Assembly (NCBI GenBank): GCA_965112735.1
Contig: OZ218956.1
Coordinates: 992,001-1,056,000 of the forward strand
Reading direction: 5' to 3'
DNA from: Phaeosaccion multiseriatum
Lineage: Eukaryota > Protista > Ochrophyta, other classes
DNA: 64,000 nucleotides
This document shows positions 38,401 to 50,124 of this stretch, one piece after another. The first letter of the stretch is position 1. Every line of letters begins with the position of its first letter. The notes beneath the pieces were generated by a model, which made no database searches, was not told where the DNA came from, and was given only the letters and a program-made list of their open reading frames with translations. The position numbers and the translations under genes are program-made.

Positions 38401-39938
38401 CGACAAGACCCTTTCCCAGGTAGCAAAGGGGGTGGACCAAATGACCCCCTGGGCCCGCGCTCCCCTCCTTGTGTCATCTTTGCACACCACCGTGATGCCA
38501 TTACTGCAGCTCTCCCCGAGGCCTGGGCTTCTAGACGAATGATTCACCTCCTGTTTCCCCCCCCTGGCACGTGCTCATCTTTTCCTTTCTTCCTCTCTTG
38601 GCTCACTGGATCCATATGCCCTCCCTCCATCCCACTACTCACGCCCCCCAATCACCCTCAGGAGCTGGGCAGGTCGTGCGGCATGTACTCGTCCAGTGCG
38701 GTGCTGCTGCAGAACCTTGGCCAGCATCGAGCGCTCGAGGCCTGCCAGCTAATGTCGGACATGCGTGTATCCTCCTCTACGCTCGACTACGCCCTGGAGA
38801 TGGTGTCTTCCCTCAATGGTGACGCCCTCACTGCCCTGCGCAAGGCTCAGGGGGGCGGGGCGGCTCCAGAGACGTGCGCCGCGGTGGACGACGATCAAGG
38901 GGCTCGAAGCTCGGGCTCCATATCGGGCAGGCTCTCTTCTGACCTACTGCGCGGGTTCAGCGGCGATGTTGATGGCGACAGTGGCGGCGAGGACGGTGGC
39001 AGTGGTGTCGGTGTCGCGGACGGGGGTGGGCGAGGAAACACCGAGGCTGGACGCGGAGAGGAGCCACGGAGTGAGGACGAGTATGACGAGATGGAAGACG
39101 TCCCTGCGAGGGGAGATGGCTTGCTGCTGCTGGAGCTGCGCAAGGCGGCCTTCCGAAGCATCAGCATTACATGGGTGCGTGTGCTGCCCCTCGTCAAGAG
39201 CGCGCTCGCCGACACCTTGGCCGCACACTCGCTTCGAAAAGGCGCCGGAAGGTACGTTCAGCCGCACTACTTGACGTGTGTGCGTGTGTTGAGTATGCGG
39301 GGAGCGAGAGGGAGGGGGCATTCAGTGGTCTGGTGGCCCGCGCCGCTGCATCCCGTCTTGGCCTTTGAGCTACTCTATGTGTTTTCTCACGTTTCTGCTC
39401 CTCTTGCAATGCTCTCTGGTTTCTCGCACTCACGCTTGTGGCGCACACTCTGCTTCCTCGGGCGATGGACTACCGTGACTGGCTGGGACACTGTAGTAGC
39501 AGTAGCAGTAGCAGCCCGACGGCCTATGTTCTCCTCAACGCAATAGCAAAACTCATGCAGGGATACCTCAACGAGTCTGCACGCTACCTCAAAGAGACGT
39601 GGATGCTGTTGCGGTTGGTGCTGGTCTTGTGCACAGAGAGCGCAGCGGCCACAGCGGCGGCTCCCGAAGCAGGGGCTGAAGGACGAGGAGTGGATTTCGC
39701 AGCGAGGGGTGGAGTGCTCAACAGCCTCCGCCTCAAGATCAACAAGGCTGCCAAGGAGGGGCCGATGGCCAAGCAGGTCTGTCGCGATGCCTGCTTGACC
39801 CGAGTCAGGGAGGGGGTCAGCAGCGCAATGAACCCTGCCAGGCGGCGGTCCAACCGAGCGTGTCAAGCAGGGGAGCTGGAGGGAGAGTACGAGCAAGAGG
39901 AGGAGCAAGCGGAAGAGGAGGACTTTTTTCCTTTCTAG
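32488..39938 (+). CDS. Large multi-exon protein with TSNAXIP1-like (translin-associated factor X-interacting) segments, poly-His runs and degenerate EF-hand-like helices
   Basis: Spliced exons give LVCAVCCEVLDKLL..VFQVLRQGLLPCVYKNY, PFCVFAHDLVTSRLGSRELGERVLLQLYSSLAEYR, ILDEFWAVLQ, VSKRAFVDVLLE. Ends EEEDFFPF* at 39938. The family call is from weak resemblance. Confidence 0.55.
33649..33711. repeat. (CCT)21 microsatellite, intronic
   Basis: Perfect CCT run between the donor near 33581 and the acceptor near 33746. Confidence 0.9.
37486..37563 (+). repeat. (CAC)n coding repeat: 26-codon poly-histidine tract (one Arg)
   Basis: In frame within ORF 35833..37890. Confidence 0.85.
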
Positions 39939-40068
39939 CTGTCTAATTAAGTATGGTAATGGTATGAAGGGCACCAGTACCTACTTCTTCGATAGTGAGT
40001 CCCTCTCATCAGTCTACCAGGAGGGACAAGTAATATGAGCGTTGCCAAGCATGGCTGATCGAAAATCC

Positions 40069-40385
40069 TGAGTGAGTGAGTGAGTGAGTGAGTGAGTGAG
40101 TGAGTGAGTGAGTGAGTGAGTGAGTGAGTGAGTGAGCGAGTGAGTGAGCGAGTACGTGAGTGAGTAAGTGAGTGAGTGAGTGAGTGAGTGAGTGAGTGAG
40201 TGCGCGAGTGAGTGAGTGAGTGAGTGAGTGAGTGAGTGAGTGAGTGAGTGAATGAGTGAGTGAGTGAGTAAGTGAGTAAGTGAGTGAATGAGTGAGTGAG
40301 TGAGTGAGTGAGTGAGTGAGTAAGTGAATGAGTGAGTGAGTGAGTGAGTGAGTGAGTAAGTGAGTAAGTGAGTGAATGAGTGAGT
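40069..40385. repeat. ~317-bp (TGAG)n tetranucleotide satellite with TAAG/TGAA variants, intergenic
   Basis: About 79 units read directly. Confidence 0.95.
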
Positions 40386-40634
40386 AGCACCTTGTAAACT
40401 GAAACTGAAAGTGTGTATGTGTGTGGGCGTGAGACGAGTGGGTCACGGAGTGTGAATCGCCGTCGGATCGACGGATCGAGCGTTACAGAAATTTCCCCAT
40501 GGATACTAAAATGGGGAGCAACACGATTGGTGTTGCCACCGGGTGCCACAGACTTTAGAAGGAGGACGGGAACAAGTTTTTTTTTACTTAGAATTCATGT
40601 CATCCACAGACGTTAGAAGGAGGAAGAGAAGAGC

Positions 40635-43184
40635 ATGGGGAGGAAGAGCACATGTCACCCGCAGGCTTTAGAGGGAGGAGAGAATAGAAGGACGATGGAC
40701 GAACGAAAGCTGCAACATACGAAAGGAAAGCTCTGGAGCAACCTTGGTGTAGCCGTTGGAAGCGGGGGTGTCGCTGCAACTGCTGCTGTCGCTGCTCGCG
40801 CCGGGCCCGCTGCTCCTTCGTCGTTGCCAAAGGCCAAGGCCAAGGCGGGAACCTTCGCATGTGTTGCCAATCTCGCAGGTCGGGGCTTACGGTCGAGAGC
40901 GCGACACCAGAGCCACCGAGATGGAGGGGAGTCTCTACGAGCAGGGGCGGGTGGAGGGGGCAGCAAGACCGACGCAGAGCTGGGCCTAAGACCCGCTAGT
41001 AAGATCAGGGTACTGCCCTCCCTTGAGATCAAGCTGGACGAGCTGCGGAGAGATGCCAAGAAACGATCGCAGTTCTTCGGTCACGCAGAGCGACTGAAGG
41101 ACCACAAGCTAGCCTGTACACGCAGCACAGGCGTTCGGCGACCTGCTACTGCGATAACTGGAGGCAGAGGAATGGAGGGGGCGGAGCAGGGGCGGCACTT
41201 GACCACAAAACAGCAGGTGCGGCGGCGACAGCACCAGCTCTACCTTCAGCAGCAGGAGATTCTTCGGCACAGACGCATGATGAATGACGTGCGGCCCAAG
41301 ACTGCGGCTGCGGGGGACGGATTCTCTGGCCCTGCACCTGCCGCGAGGAGTCCTCGTCTCCACGACTTGGCCTCCGCCGGAATGGGTGATTGTGACGATT
41401 TGTGTCACGAGTCGTCTTTTGCTGGAGCTGTCGCCTCCACTCAGCCGCAAACTGCCCATGAGGAATTGCTCATGTCCCAGAGCCTCCAGACGCTGCCAGA
41501 CCAGCGCAGGAGTGGCGCACGAGCTCGGCTGCCGGGCTCGCCAAACGGCGGTTGTCTGCTGCAGAACAGTGCATTTGTCACTGAACCAGGTGCGCGGTGG
41601 CGTATGCAGTCCCCAACAACCTCCTCTCTGGCTGTACAGTGATGGTGGTGTGGTTTGTTATCAGTGCTTTTGTACTTGGCCCTTACGTCTGCTTTGCTGA
41701 CTCCATCCCCCCGCAGGCCCACGCCCACACACGGCCGTCCCCTGCTTCTCGCTGGCCTTTTTCCCGCTCTCCAAGGAGGAGAGTCTCCTTCTGATGGAGG
41801 AAAGGGCTGCGTGGAACAGGGAGCGAAGGATAGTAGTGGAGGAGCGGAGGCGACTGAAGCAGGAGGAATGGGGGCAGCAGCTGCAGGTCAGTGCCATGCT
41901 TCAGTTTACGATCGTCGTTTCCCTCGCGCTCGGCAAGTCAAGTGACAGACAGACATGTAATTGGTGTCTGTGTGTATTACCCATCCCCATCCATGAGCAC
42001 AGATCAAACTATTTTCACACGAGACGCGCATCCGGGAGAAGAAGGTGGCACGGGAGCGCAGGAACAAGGAGCGGGCATGGCTACTGCTCATCGCGATGCT
42101 CCGCAGTGCAGTCAACCTGCACTCACTCAAGGTGAGGCGGCTTCGCTAGTACGTTGCTCGCTACTAATGCACCCTCGTCTAACGTGATGCGTTGTGGTCC
42201 TGGTCACTGATCGAGCAGGAGACTACCACCGAGGCACGGAGACGCGACACTGCCAGCCGTCTCATCACGAGGCGCTTCAAGATTTACTACCGCAATGTAA
42301 GGGAGAGACAGAGAGGGAGAGCCCTCACAGCCAGCGGCTGGAAGACATAGCAGGGGCATGAAGGGCACCGCCCCCTCGTCGAGGGGGGGGCCTATTTTCC
42401 TCGTATACACACCTTTTTGATGGGCCCCTTGTACCATGGAAGGCGGTGTGCACCTATGATCTGTAGCCTGTGCCCACTCCCCTCTCCCCCCCTTACACCC
42501 CCCTCCTCATGACCAGCTCAAAGACCGCAAGGTGAAAGAGGCGTTTGGCACCTTGGCCAAGGTCTTGGGCGTAAAGCGGCGGATGTGGGCCTTGCGGAGA
42601 AGGCAGGCGGCCGTCAAGGTCCTGCGCGCGGTCTTTCAGGCCATCTTACGGGAGGAGAAGCGGACAGGGGGGACTATCCGCCTCGTGAGGTGGGTGGTGG
42701 TGAGGCCTGCGGGGGGGCGCTCTTTTGCTTTTGGGGTACACGTGTAGACACACACGCACGCTGCTGGGGAGGTGATTCAAATGATGTGCCTACTCCTCTC
42801 TCTCTGTCTCTCATGTGTCGAGCAGGGCCAGCACGAAGGTGATGAAGCTGCGGCGCTACTGCGTCACTCTGCAGCGCTGGTGGAGGAGGAACATGCTGTG
42901 CCTCAGGAGCGAGGAGCAGGTCGTGCTGAAGCAGTGGGCGAAGACCATGGAGGTGAATAGTACAGAAAATACACACTTGGCTCGCGAGTGAGGCTCGCTC
43001 AGCCTGCTTTGTTGTACCACAGTATTCGACCGCACGCGTTTGCACCCGTGTGTTTGTATGAGTGGTGGCGTATCGGCCCCTTCCCTTGATCCAAGCAAGC
43101 TAAAGCTTCCTTACACTCCCTCCCTCGCGCGTGGGGCCCTTTGCTCCCTCCCCAGAACCAAAGGCGGCTCAAGGAGGCGTCTTC

Positions 43185-43230
<46 letters not shown>

Positions 43231-45422
43231 CAAACACAAGGAACCAAGATCCACGCCAAGGTGGGTGACAGAAAGGGTTCCTCCAGGGGCGAAGGAGCAA
43301 GTCTCTACCAGGCGAAAGCACCTCAATGGGACACACGTGTGGGAGAGCAGCGAGGAACGCCGCGGAGCACACCTTCCTGAGATCCACTTGACAAGAGGCC
43401 TTGTCGACCATCGCTAGGCATGACAACCCTCTCTGCGCCCCTCCCGCCCCTTCTTCCCCACAGGTGGGCACACATGTGCTGCCCATCCCGGGCCAGTCGC
43501 CGCATGTCCCGCACTACTTGCTGAGCACCGAGGCAGGGGCAGCGGGCACGGCGCTAGAGACCACCACCAACACACATCACAACGACAGCACCACCGAGGG
43601 GGGGCTTGGTGGTGCATACGGCGCGGTTACGGGGGGGGGAGGCACAGCAGCAGGCGCTGGGGGAGGACGAGACGACACCGCCGCATTCAAAGGCGATTGG
43701 AGCTTGGCCGATGGAGAGAACGGCAGCGGCAGCGGCAGCGGCAGTGGCCTTTCTGGTGTGCCTTCCTCGGCCAATCTGACGGTGTTGCGCTGCCTTCATG
43801 TCATGAGAAACGGCGGGTGGGTCACGACTGCGCCCGTCCCCGCCCTCGACCCAAGCAACAGCAGCAGAAAGGACTCCTCCCCCACCTCCGCCGTCTGCTC
43901 CATGTCCACGAAGGCGCTGGCGGCGGCGGGCATGGAGGCAGCTCGGACGCTTTCCGCGAGTGACCTCATTCTGAGTATCGCTGCTGCAAGTGGTTCCGCG
44001 GGTGGGATGGGGAGAGTAGCAGGAGCAGCTGGAGGAAAGCATGCTAGAGTTGTGTCTCGCATGAGAGTCACAGCAGCTGCAGCCGTAATGGTCTCCAAGG
44101 CCGCATCGTCCAACCACCCAACGACGGAGCAGGAGCCGAAGCAGGGGCAGGAACAGGGGCAGGAACAGGGGCAGGAACAGGGGCAGAGGACGCGAAGTGT
44201 GTCCAGTCCTCAACAGCAGCGACGACAGAAGGAGGCATTCATTCAAAAGCTGTTCGAGCGCGAGCTGGCCGAGCAGCAGAAGACACGTGCCAAGCTCGGA
44301 CTAAAGAAGACATTATGGGCCGAGGGCGAGGCGGTGCCCCTGGACATTCAGGAGAAAGTGATTGTGGGGTGGCTCCGCGCCGCTCGGGTTCAGTTCCTCC
44401 TCGAGCTGAAAGCGTACTTCTCGCAGGTGAGCAGAAGCAAGCAAAGCGGTGGGGGGGGGGGGGCGAAGGATCCGGGGAGGGTGTAGCAGCTCTTCCTGTG
44501 AGCCCTTTCTCCGGTCCCCCACATCCGCCCAGCAGCACCAGTTCACAGTCCCACTTTGCACGCGCACACACAGCGTGCCCTTCACCGACCAAGCATCTTC
44601 CTCGGCCCAAGCGCGCCTCTCACTCATCGCCGCTCCCTTGTCGCCCCCAAACCCTCGTCCTTTCCACCCCCCCCGCCGCGATCCTTGCTTGGTCGCTGCT
44701 CCAGCTGTGGAAAGGCATAAAAAACGATCAGAAGAAGGACCTCAACGTCATCCTCGGTGTGGTTGGAAAGGCGACCATGGTCCCCGGAGCGATGGACACA
44801 CAGGGCGATAGCGGAGGAACAAGGCCAAGAGAGCAGGAGGACGCTGCTCGCTCGCGAACTTCTCGGAGTGGGGAGTGCGGGCCACCGAAGGATGGAGCAT
44901 CCGCGGGCCTCCAGCATCCGATTTGGCGCGCTCTGATGCCGCCAGAAGAGGTAGCGAGGGTCATTGAGACGGTGAGTGGTGTGCTGTCACGCTGCCATGC
45001 ATTCGATTCGTCCCTCTCATTGCGTGTGCCCGCTACCGAGCAATGAGAGCGTGACCAGCCATGCGTCTCTGGACTGCGCGGTTCTCACACTTGACGAGCT
45101 TTGCGTACTTTGCCTTCTTGTTTGGACGTTTCCCCCCCCGCTCATTCCAGGGCCGAAACTACATGCGCTTCTTGAACCGCCTTTGGGATCCAGGCCAGCT
45201 GCTGAGAGACGCGCAAGGTGCGCACTCACGTTTGTTGTGCTCTGCTTGTACTGTGGTTGTGCTGTATTTGTGCTGCGATTGTGCTGACTCTGATTGTAAT
45301 GTGCTGTGCTCGTACTGACAGGCCTTCGGACGGTGTCCCCTGAGGACTTTGCCGTATTCGCCTCCGGCGAGTTCAAGTGGACGCGCGCCCACCCCCTTTC
45401 GCCGGCCAGCCTTGCTCCCTAG
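40635..45422 (+). CDS. Multi-exon basic coiled-coil protein with IQ-like motifs and poly-Q; possibly flagellar
   Basis: Exons carry AASRLITRRFKIYY, RQAAVKVLRAVFQ, RYCVTLQRWWRR, a poly-Q near 43186 and QGQE repeats. Terminal exons GRNYMRFLNRLWDPG and GLRTVSPEDF..SLAP* end at TAG 45420-45422. Confidence 0.55.
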
Positions 45423-46294
45423 CTGCAGCACTGGCCGCCGACGGAATCGTTTTTGAACAATCCACATTTTAATAGTGAACGAATTAAACAGCAGTAGTTC
45501 CAACCGGAATCGAGCATGGAACATGCGTGAGGGAGAGCCACTTTCTCGTAGCCTCCGCTGAGCCAGCCCTAGTCTCCTTGCCTAGGCCCCGCCCGCCCTC
45601 CTCTTGTCTCCTGCCATCGTCTGTAGGCGCTGCTCTATGGCCGTGGGAGGGAGGGGAGGGAGAGCCCATCCCAACAGCTGTTCAACGTATCTACATCTCT
45701 TCCCCCCCTACATGAAGTTGCTGCTGCTGTGTCCCTCTCCCTCGTCCTCGCCTTGCTGCTGACGCCCCGCTCTCTGCCGCCGTGCGCGTCGCCTCTCAAG
45801 GTCCACGCGTGCCTCGTTCTGCCCCCCCCTCCGCTGCTGCACTCGCATGGCGCGACAAGACAGGGGCCGGTTCGTGTCTCAGCCAGGCGACCAGCGATGT
45901 GAAGGTGTGCAGCACCGTCACAAGTGGGCTGAGCTCAATGGTCATTCCGCCCCCCAAGCTTACGTTACGTGGTTGCTTGTCCCAGGTGCCGCCCCATTTG
46001 GGAATGGTGCGTTGAGCTGTCCCACACTCGTGGGGAAAGAGGGGCGTGTGTTCACCGCCAAAGGAGGGGGGAAGGACATCACCACGCCGAGGAGGCGGAG
46101 AGGCGAAGGGGGCTACTTACAACACTGCTTGCTGTATACAGTCCAGCCTGCCATTGGCTTTGCCGTGTCTCTTCCTTTCGTGGCTGTTCTTCACTTCGCC
46201 GTTTCCCTCCAGCTGCTGCTCGAGGTCCTCCGGCTGCTCGTGCTGCTCTGTTTTGCTCTGAGCCAATAAATTGCGACACCACCGCGACCTCCTC

Positions 46295-47763
46295 TCATGC
46301 GAGCCTCAGCTGGGCGGGGCTGTTGGTGTTGCTGCTGCGCTGAACCGCCATGCCCACGTCATGGCCTGGAGCCGTCGCAACGAACGGATTCGACTGTTGT
46401 AGCGCAGGGAGCAGAGGCAGCAGTGGGGTGTGTAGGATGATGATGGAGGGTGAGATATAGAAGAGTCCCACTCCCGTGGGGCAATAGACGACACACAGAG
46501 AGAGAGAGTACTGGCACACGCAAGCAAGCTCCCTCAGACCACCACATCCACACCACGCCTGCACACGACACATGGGGTTCACGCGCCAGCCGCTCCAACG
46601 GCGCAGCCTGAAGAACCGCAGTCAAGCACTCAGTAACCTCAATCAATTCCCGGACTCACACCCGCCCCAGCCGCCTCTCACCCGAAGGTACTCGCGCACG
46701 TCCTCGCCGCACTCGAGCAGCAGCCGCCGCATATAGCTCAGCAGGCCTCCGAGCGCCCTGTCCCCGCGGCCCCCGTCCCTCCGCACTTGCGGCTCGCCGA
46801 ACTCCGGCACCACGACCACGTTGTGGGGCATGTGCCGCATCTTGCGTGGTGTGTCATCGACCATGAGTGTGTTGGCGGCGCCGAAGCCGAAGCCTACAGT
46901 ACCTCGGGCTTTCCAGATGCGGTCAATGTCGCGCATGGTGTCCCAGTGGTTCGTTCCCGACGGGTCTGGGCGGTTGTACTCTCGATCGTACACCTCCACA
47001 GCAGCGATTTCCGCCGACTCGATATGCCCTCCTCCACCCTTACCGCCTTTCTTCCTGCCACTGCTCTCCCCAGGTGCCTTTCTGCGCTGGATCTGCTCCA
47101 CCATGTAGCTGACTGCGGGCTGCGCGTTGGATCCCCGCATGCTCGTATACATGGCCACCTCCACTCGGGGGTGCGCAGTCAGCAGCTCCAGCAGCTCCAC
47201 AGCGTGCGGCCGGAAGTGGTAGTGAAAGGTGGCGTGCTCAAAGGCGGCGGGGCAATTGGGTAAGCCTTTCTTATCTCGATAGAGCAAAGTGCCATTCATG
47301 TCAACCAGCACGAGCAGCGGCGACGGGGCAGGCGGTGTAGGCGGGGTTGGGGAGAGGCCTCGGAATTGCCCCAAGTTTGCCAGAGCCTCAGTAGGCTGCA
47401 CGACCGTGGACATACCCTCGCTGACCAAAGAGGCCCAACAATTGGACGAGAAGAGAAAGGAGAGAGGTAGCACAACGGATGGAGTGAGCCAAGAAGAAAA
47501 AACAAGTGGAGACAAGATGCTCAGCCCCTCCCTGAGCTATTCTCTCCAGACCCATTTGAGGGGGGGAAACCTTCCCTCCTCCCGTACCTGCTAATCGTCA
47601 CCTCATGAGGCATGACGCCCTCCGCTGCGGCGAACCTCAGCAGGCAGGTTGCGAGCTCCCACTCGGCGTCCTCCTCCTCCTCCGCTTGCAGCCCCCTTTC
47701 CCCTTCCTCTCTGAGACCAGCCGCAGTACCATGCCTGCTCGCTTCGTGCGGCAGCGGCGACAT
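46295..47763 (-). CDS. FCP1/NIF-type HAD-superfamily phosphatase (DxNGT variant)
   Basis: LVLVDMNGTLLYR, FRPHAVELL, VAMYTSM, RDIDRIW, NTLMVDDTPRK..PHNVVVVPEF, DRALGGLLSYM..DVREYLR. The 3' exon is uncertain (SNPF..* at 46295; further coding-like blocks reach ~45708). The start is also uncertain. Confidence 0.8.
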
Positions 47764-47923
47764 GCTTGTTACTACTCTACCAACCTTTCCATAAACTCTG
47801 GTGCCATCTGCAGATGATGGATGATGAACAGATGAAGGGGATGATACCAGAGGGAACAAAAAACAACTCCCCCTCCCAGCTGGCGATGGCTACAGGGGAG
47901 GGAGGCTCGGCCGACAGCCCGCT

Positions 47924-49897
47924 ATGAGAGGAAATCAGCCCCCAACGGCGTGGCTACTACTTTTGCTGCTGTTCTCTATATCGAGGAGCTGCCTCAGTGA
48001 GAGAGAGTGCAATTTCATTCAATCTAGAATCACCGTCGTTTATGGTAAGTTGGGTGGCTCGGGACGAAGAAAAGGGGGAAAGGCGTCGGGAGGAGGAGGA
48101 GAGGGAAGGACTGGTTGCGCAAAGATGATGGCTTTGTCTTGTTTAGGGACCGTCCTCACGGAAACTGAGGGAGGCGTTGGTGGGGAGAAAAGGGAGGGTG
48201 GGAAGGAGGGAGGCAAAGGGAGAGAGAAGGGATTGAGAGGTGAGTATCCCTCATTTTTCTCCTCGGCTGGGCACACTTGTGGTGCTGACACCCTTCTATA
48301 CGCTATGGCTCTGACCCACTCCTAGGTGCGCTAGTATGGCCGGACCATGACTGGGCTGCATTAATTGCTGGTCAACTGGGAGACCTGAATGCATCTGGTC
48401 TCGTGGGAGACCCGCGGCTATCTTCCCTCAATGTCGTACTCTCCATCCCTGAATCCCACGGGGACATGACGGAGGCCGATCTCGAGGAGCTGCTCGCCAG
48501 CGCCATATCTTTGGTGGAGCGTGAGTTGCCTTCAGCGTCTATCTTCGCGTTCGGGCATAATGCATTCGAGTTCCCGGCTCTACATTTGTTGTGGTCTATA
48601 GCTCACAGTCTGACTGAAGAAGAAGCGCAGCAAAACTCCATGTTGTACTTCCACTCCAAGGGAATGGTTCACCATCGACATGACCAGGCGGCGCGACTGG
48701 ACATTGAGAAGCAGCTGTCCTCCTTGACAATCAACGCATGGCAGCAAGTGGTGAATTTGATGGAAGAACGCCCGGCCTTGACGAGGGTTGGCCTGTACCC
48801 AACTCAACACGGGTCCATGTGGTTTAATTTCTTCTGGGCCAGAGCTTCCTACATTCAACATCTTCAGGAGCCGCTAAAAACCACTTACCGTTACTATTTT
48901 GAGCACTGGCTAGGGCTCACCGTGGAGTTAGACCCCCCCCTCACCCAAACGGATATTTACGGGGGGTCTTGTGATACATGCCTTGGTCTCATCTGCAGCA
49001 AGAACCATTCGGTACTGGGTCAACTGTCATGGAGGTACGTGCGGAGGTTCGATATGGACCATCCTCGAATCATGCACTAGCTCTAACCTTGTACGGCGAT
49101 CAAGACGGAAATGAAGTGCTTTTATCGTAGGAACGATTATCTGTGAACTTAGTGTACAATAGCCGTGGCTTTGTCTGTCATTGATGCCTCTGCTGTAAGA
49201 GACAACGCGGATACAGTAAAACAGCCTGATGAGTTGTGTGTGTGGTGGTGTGCCTTTTATCTGTGTGTAAGACATGTGTCTCACACTAACTTCCCAAATT
49301 GTCTCAAACTAACTTCCAAAGTTATGTCCCCTTTTTTCCAGACCTATGGATATCCCTGAGCCTGCTCTATGGGGGTCTATGATGGCGGCTGACTGCAGCC
49401 CTATTGATGAATTCCCAAAGCTGTACCAAATGGAAACGACTGTCGAGGCACTGCTCGACTTCGGATTAGGTAAGTGGTGGTACAAGAGTTATTTTCCTCC
49501 ATGGGAATGAAGTTGGTCTGGAGACATCACTGGCCTTGTGGTAGTGGTCCTCTGTGTGTGTGTGGGGGGGGGGGGGGTGGTTTGCGTGTATGTTTCTTAT
49601 TTTGCCTCCTTGCCCTTATGAAGCGTCACTCGGAATGGCCTAACTCCCGTCCGTATTGTATCTCCTCGCCTTCTGACTTGCGCCTCTTCAGACGATGACA
49701 ACGTTTGGCGCATCAACGTGAAGCGACAAGAACGTGACGGAGGCATCGCTATATACCGCGAGACTGCCAACAGTATCTATTATCTTTTTCCTGAGCTGGT
49801 GGAGAGGATGTTGGGCAATGCTGAAAACGCACTGGCGGCAGAGGCTTTGATGAGCTTTCTCACAAGCACACCGCCAAGGGATAATAGTAGCAGTTAG
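47924..49897 (+). CDS. Secreted/luminal glycosyltransferase-like protein of the uncharacterised YFHSKG..NFFWAR..RY..E.WLG family
   Basis: Signal peptide MRGNQPPTAWLLLLLLFSISRSCLS. Exons 47924-48044, 48326-49034, 49342-49469 and 49692-49897 splice in frame. Motifs: NAFEFPALHLLW, MLYFHSKG, WFNFFWARASYIQHLQEP, RYYFEHWLG. Confidence 0.7.
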
Positions 49898-50078
49898 CAC
49901 GTTCTTTCCTGTTCTCAATCCTCCTTCCGCCGGCAGGCTGTTCTCCCTCCGCCGCAGTTCCTTGTACCTCTGGTACGGCGAGTTGACTAGGCTGCACCCA
50001 GAACAGCTCCATACGCAGGACATATCGTAGTGTCTTTACATTTTTCATTATTCTTCTTACTACAACTTCGTATAATAT

Positions 50079-50124
50079 GTATAAACAACTCACTGTAGTT
50101 GTATAAACCACTCACTGTAGTTGT
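50079..50124. repeat. 22-bp tandem duplication at the 3' end of the kinase-methyltransferase gene
   Basis: gtataaacaactcactgtagtt / gtataaaccactcactgtagtt. Confidence 0.9.

Noticed and set aside
40069-40385. Possible telomeric or CRISPR array
   Set aside because: 4-bp unit, no spacers, not a TTAGGG-type repeat, and internal between genes.
39947-40549. THSL-repeat ORFs (200 and 145 aa)
   Set aside because: Translation of the TGAG microsatellite, which has no stops on that strand.
45527-46343. Plus-strand ORFs with Leu-rich ends (e.g. 45847..46269)
   Set aside because: No recognisable motif; the minus strand shows better splice signals and coding-like content, so these are probably antisense shadows.
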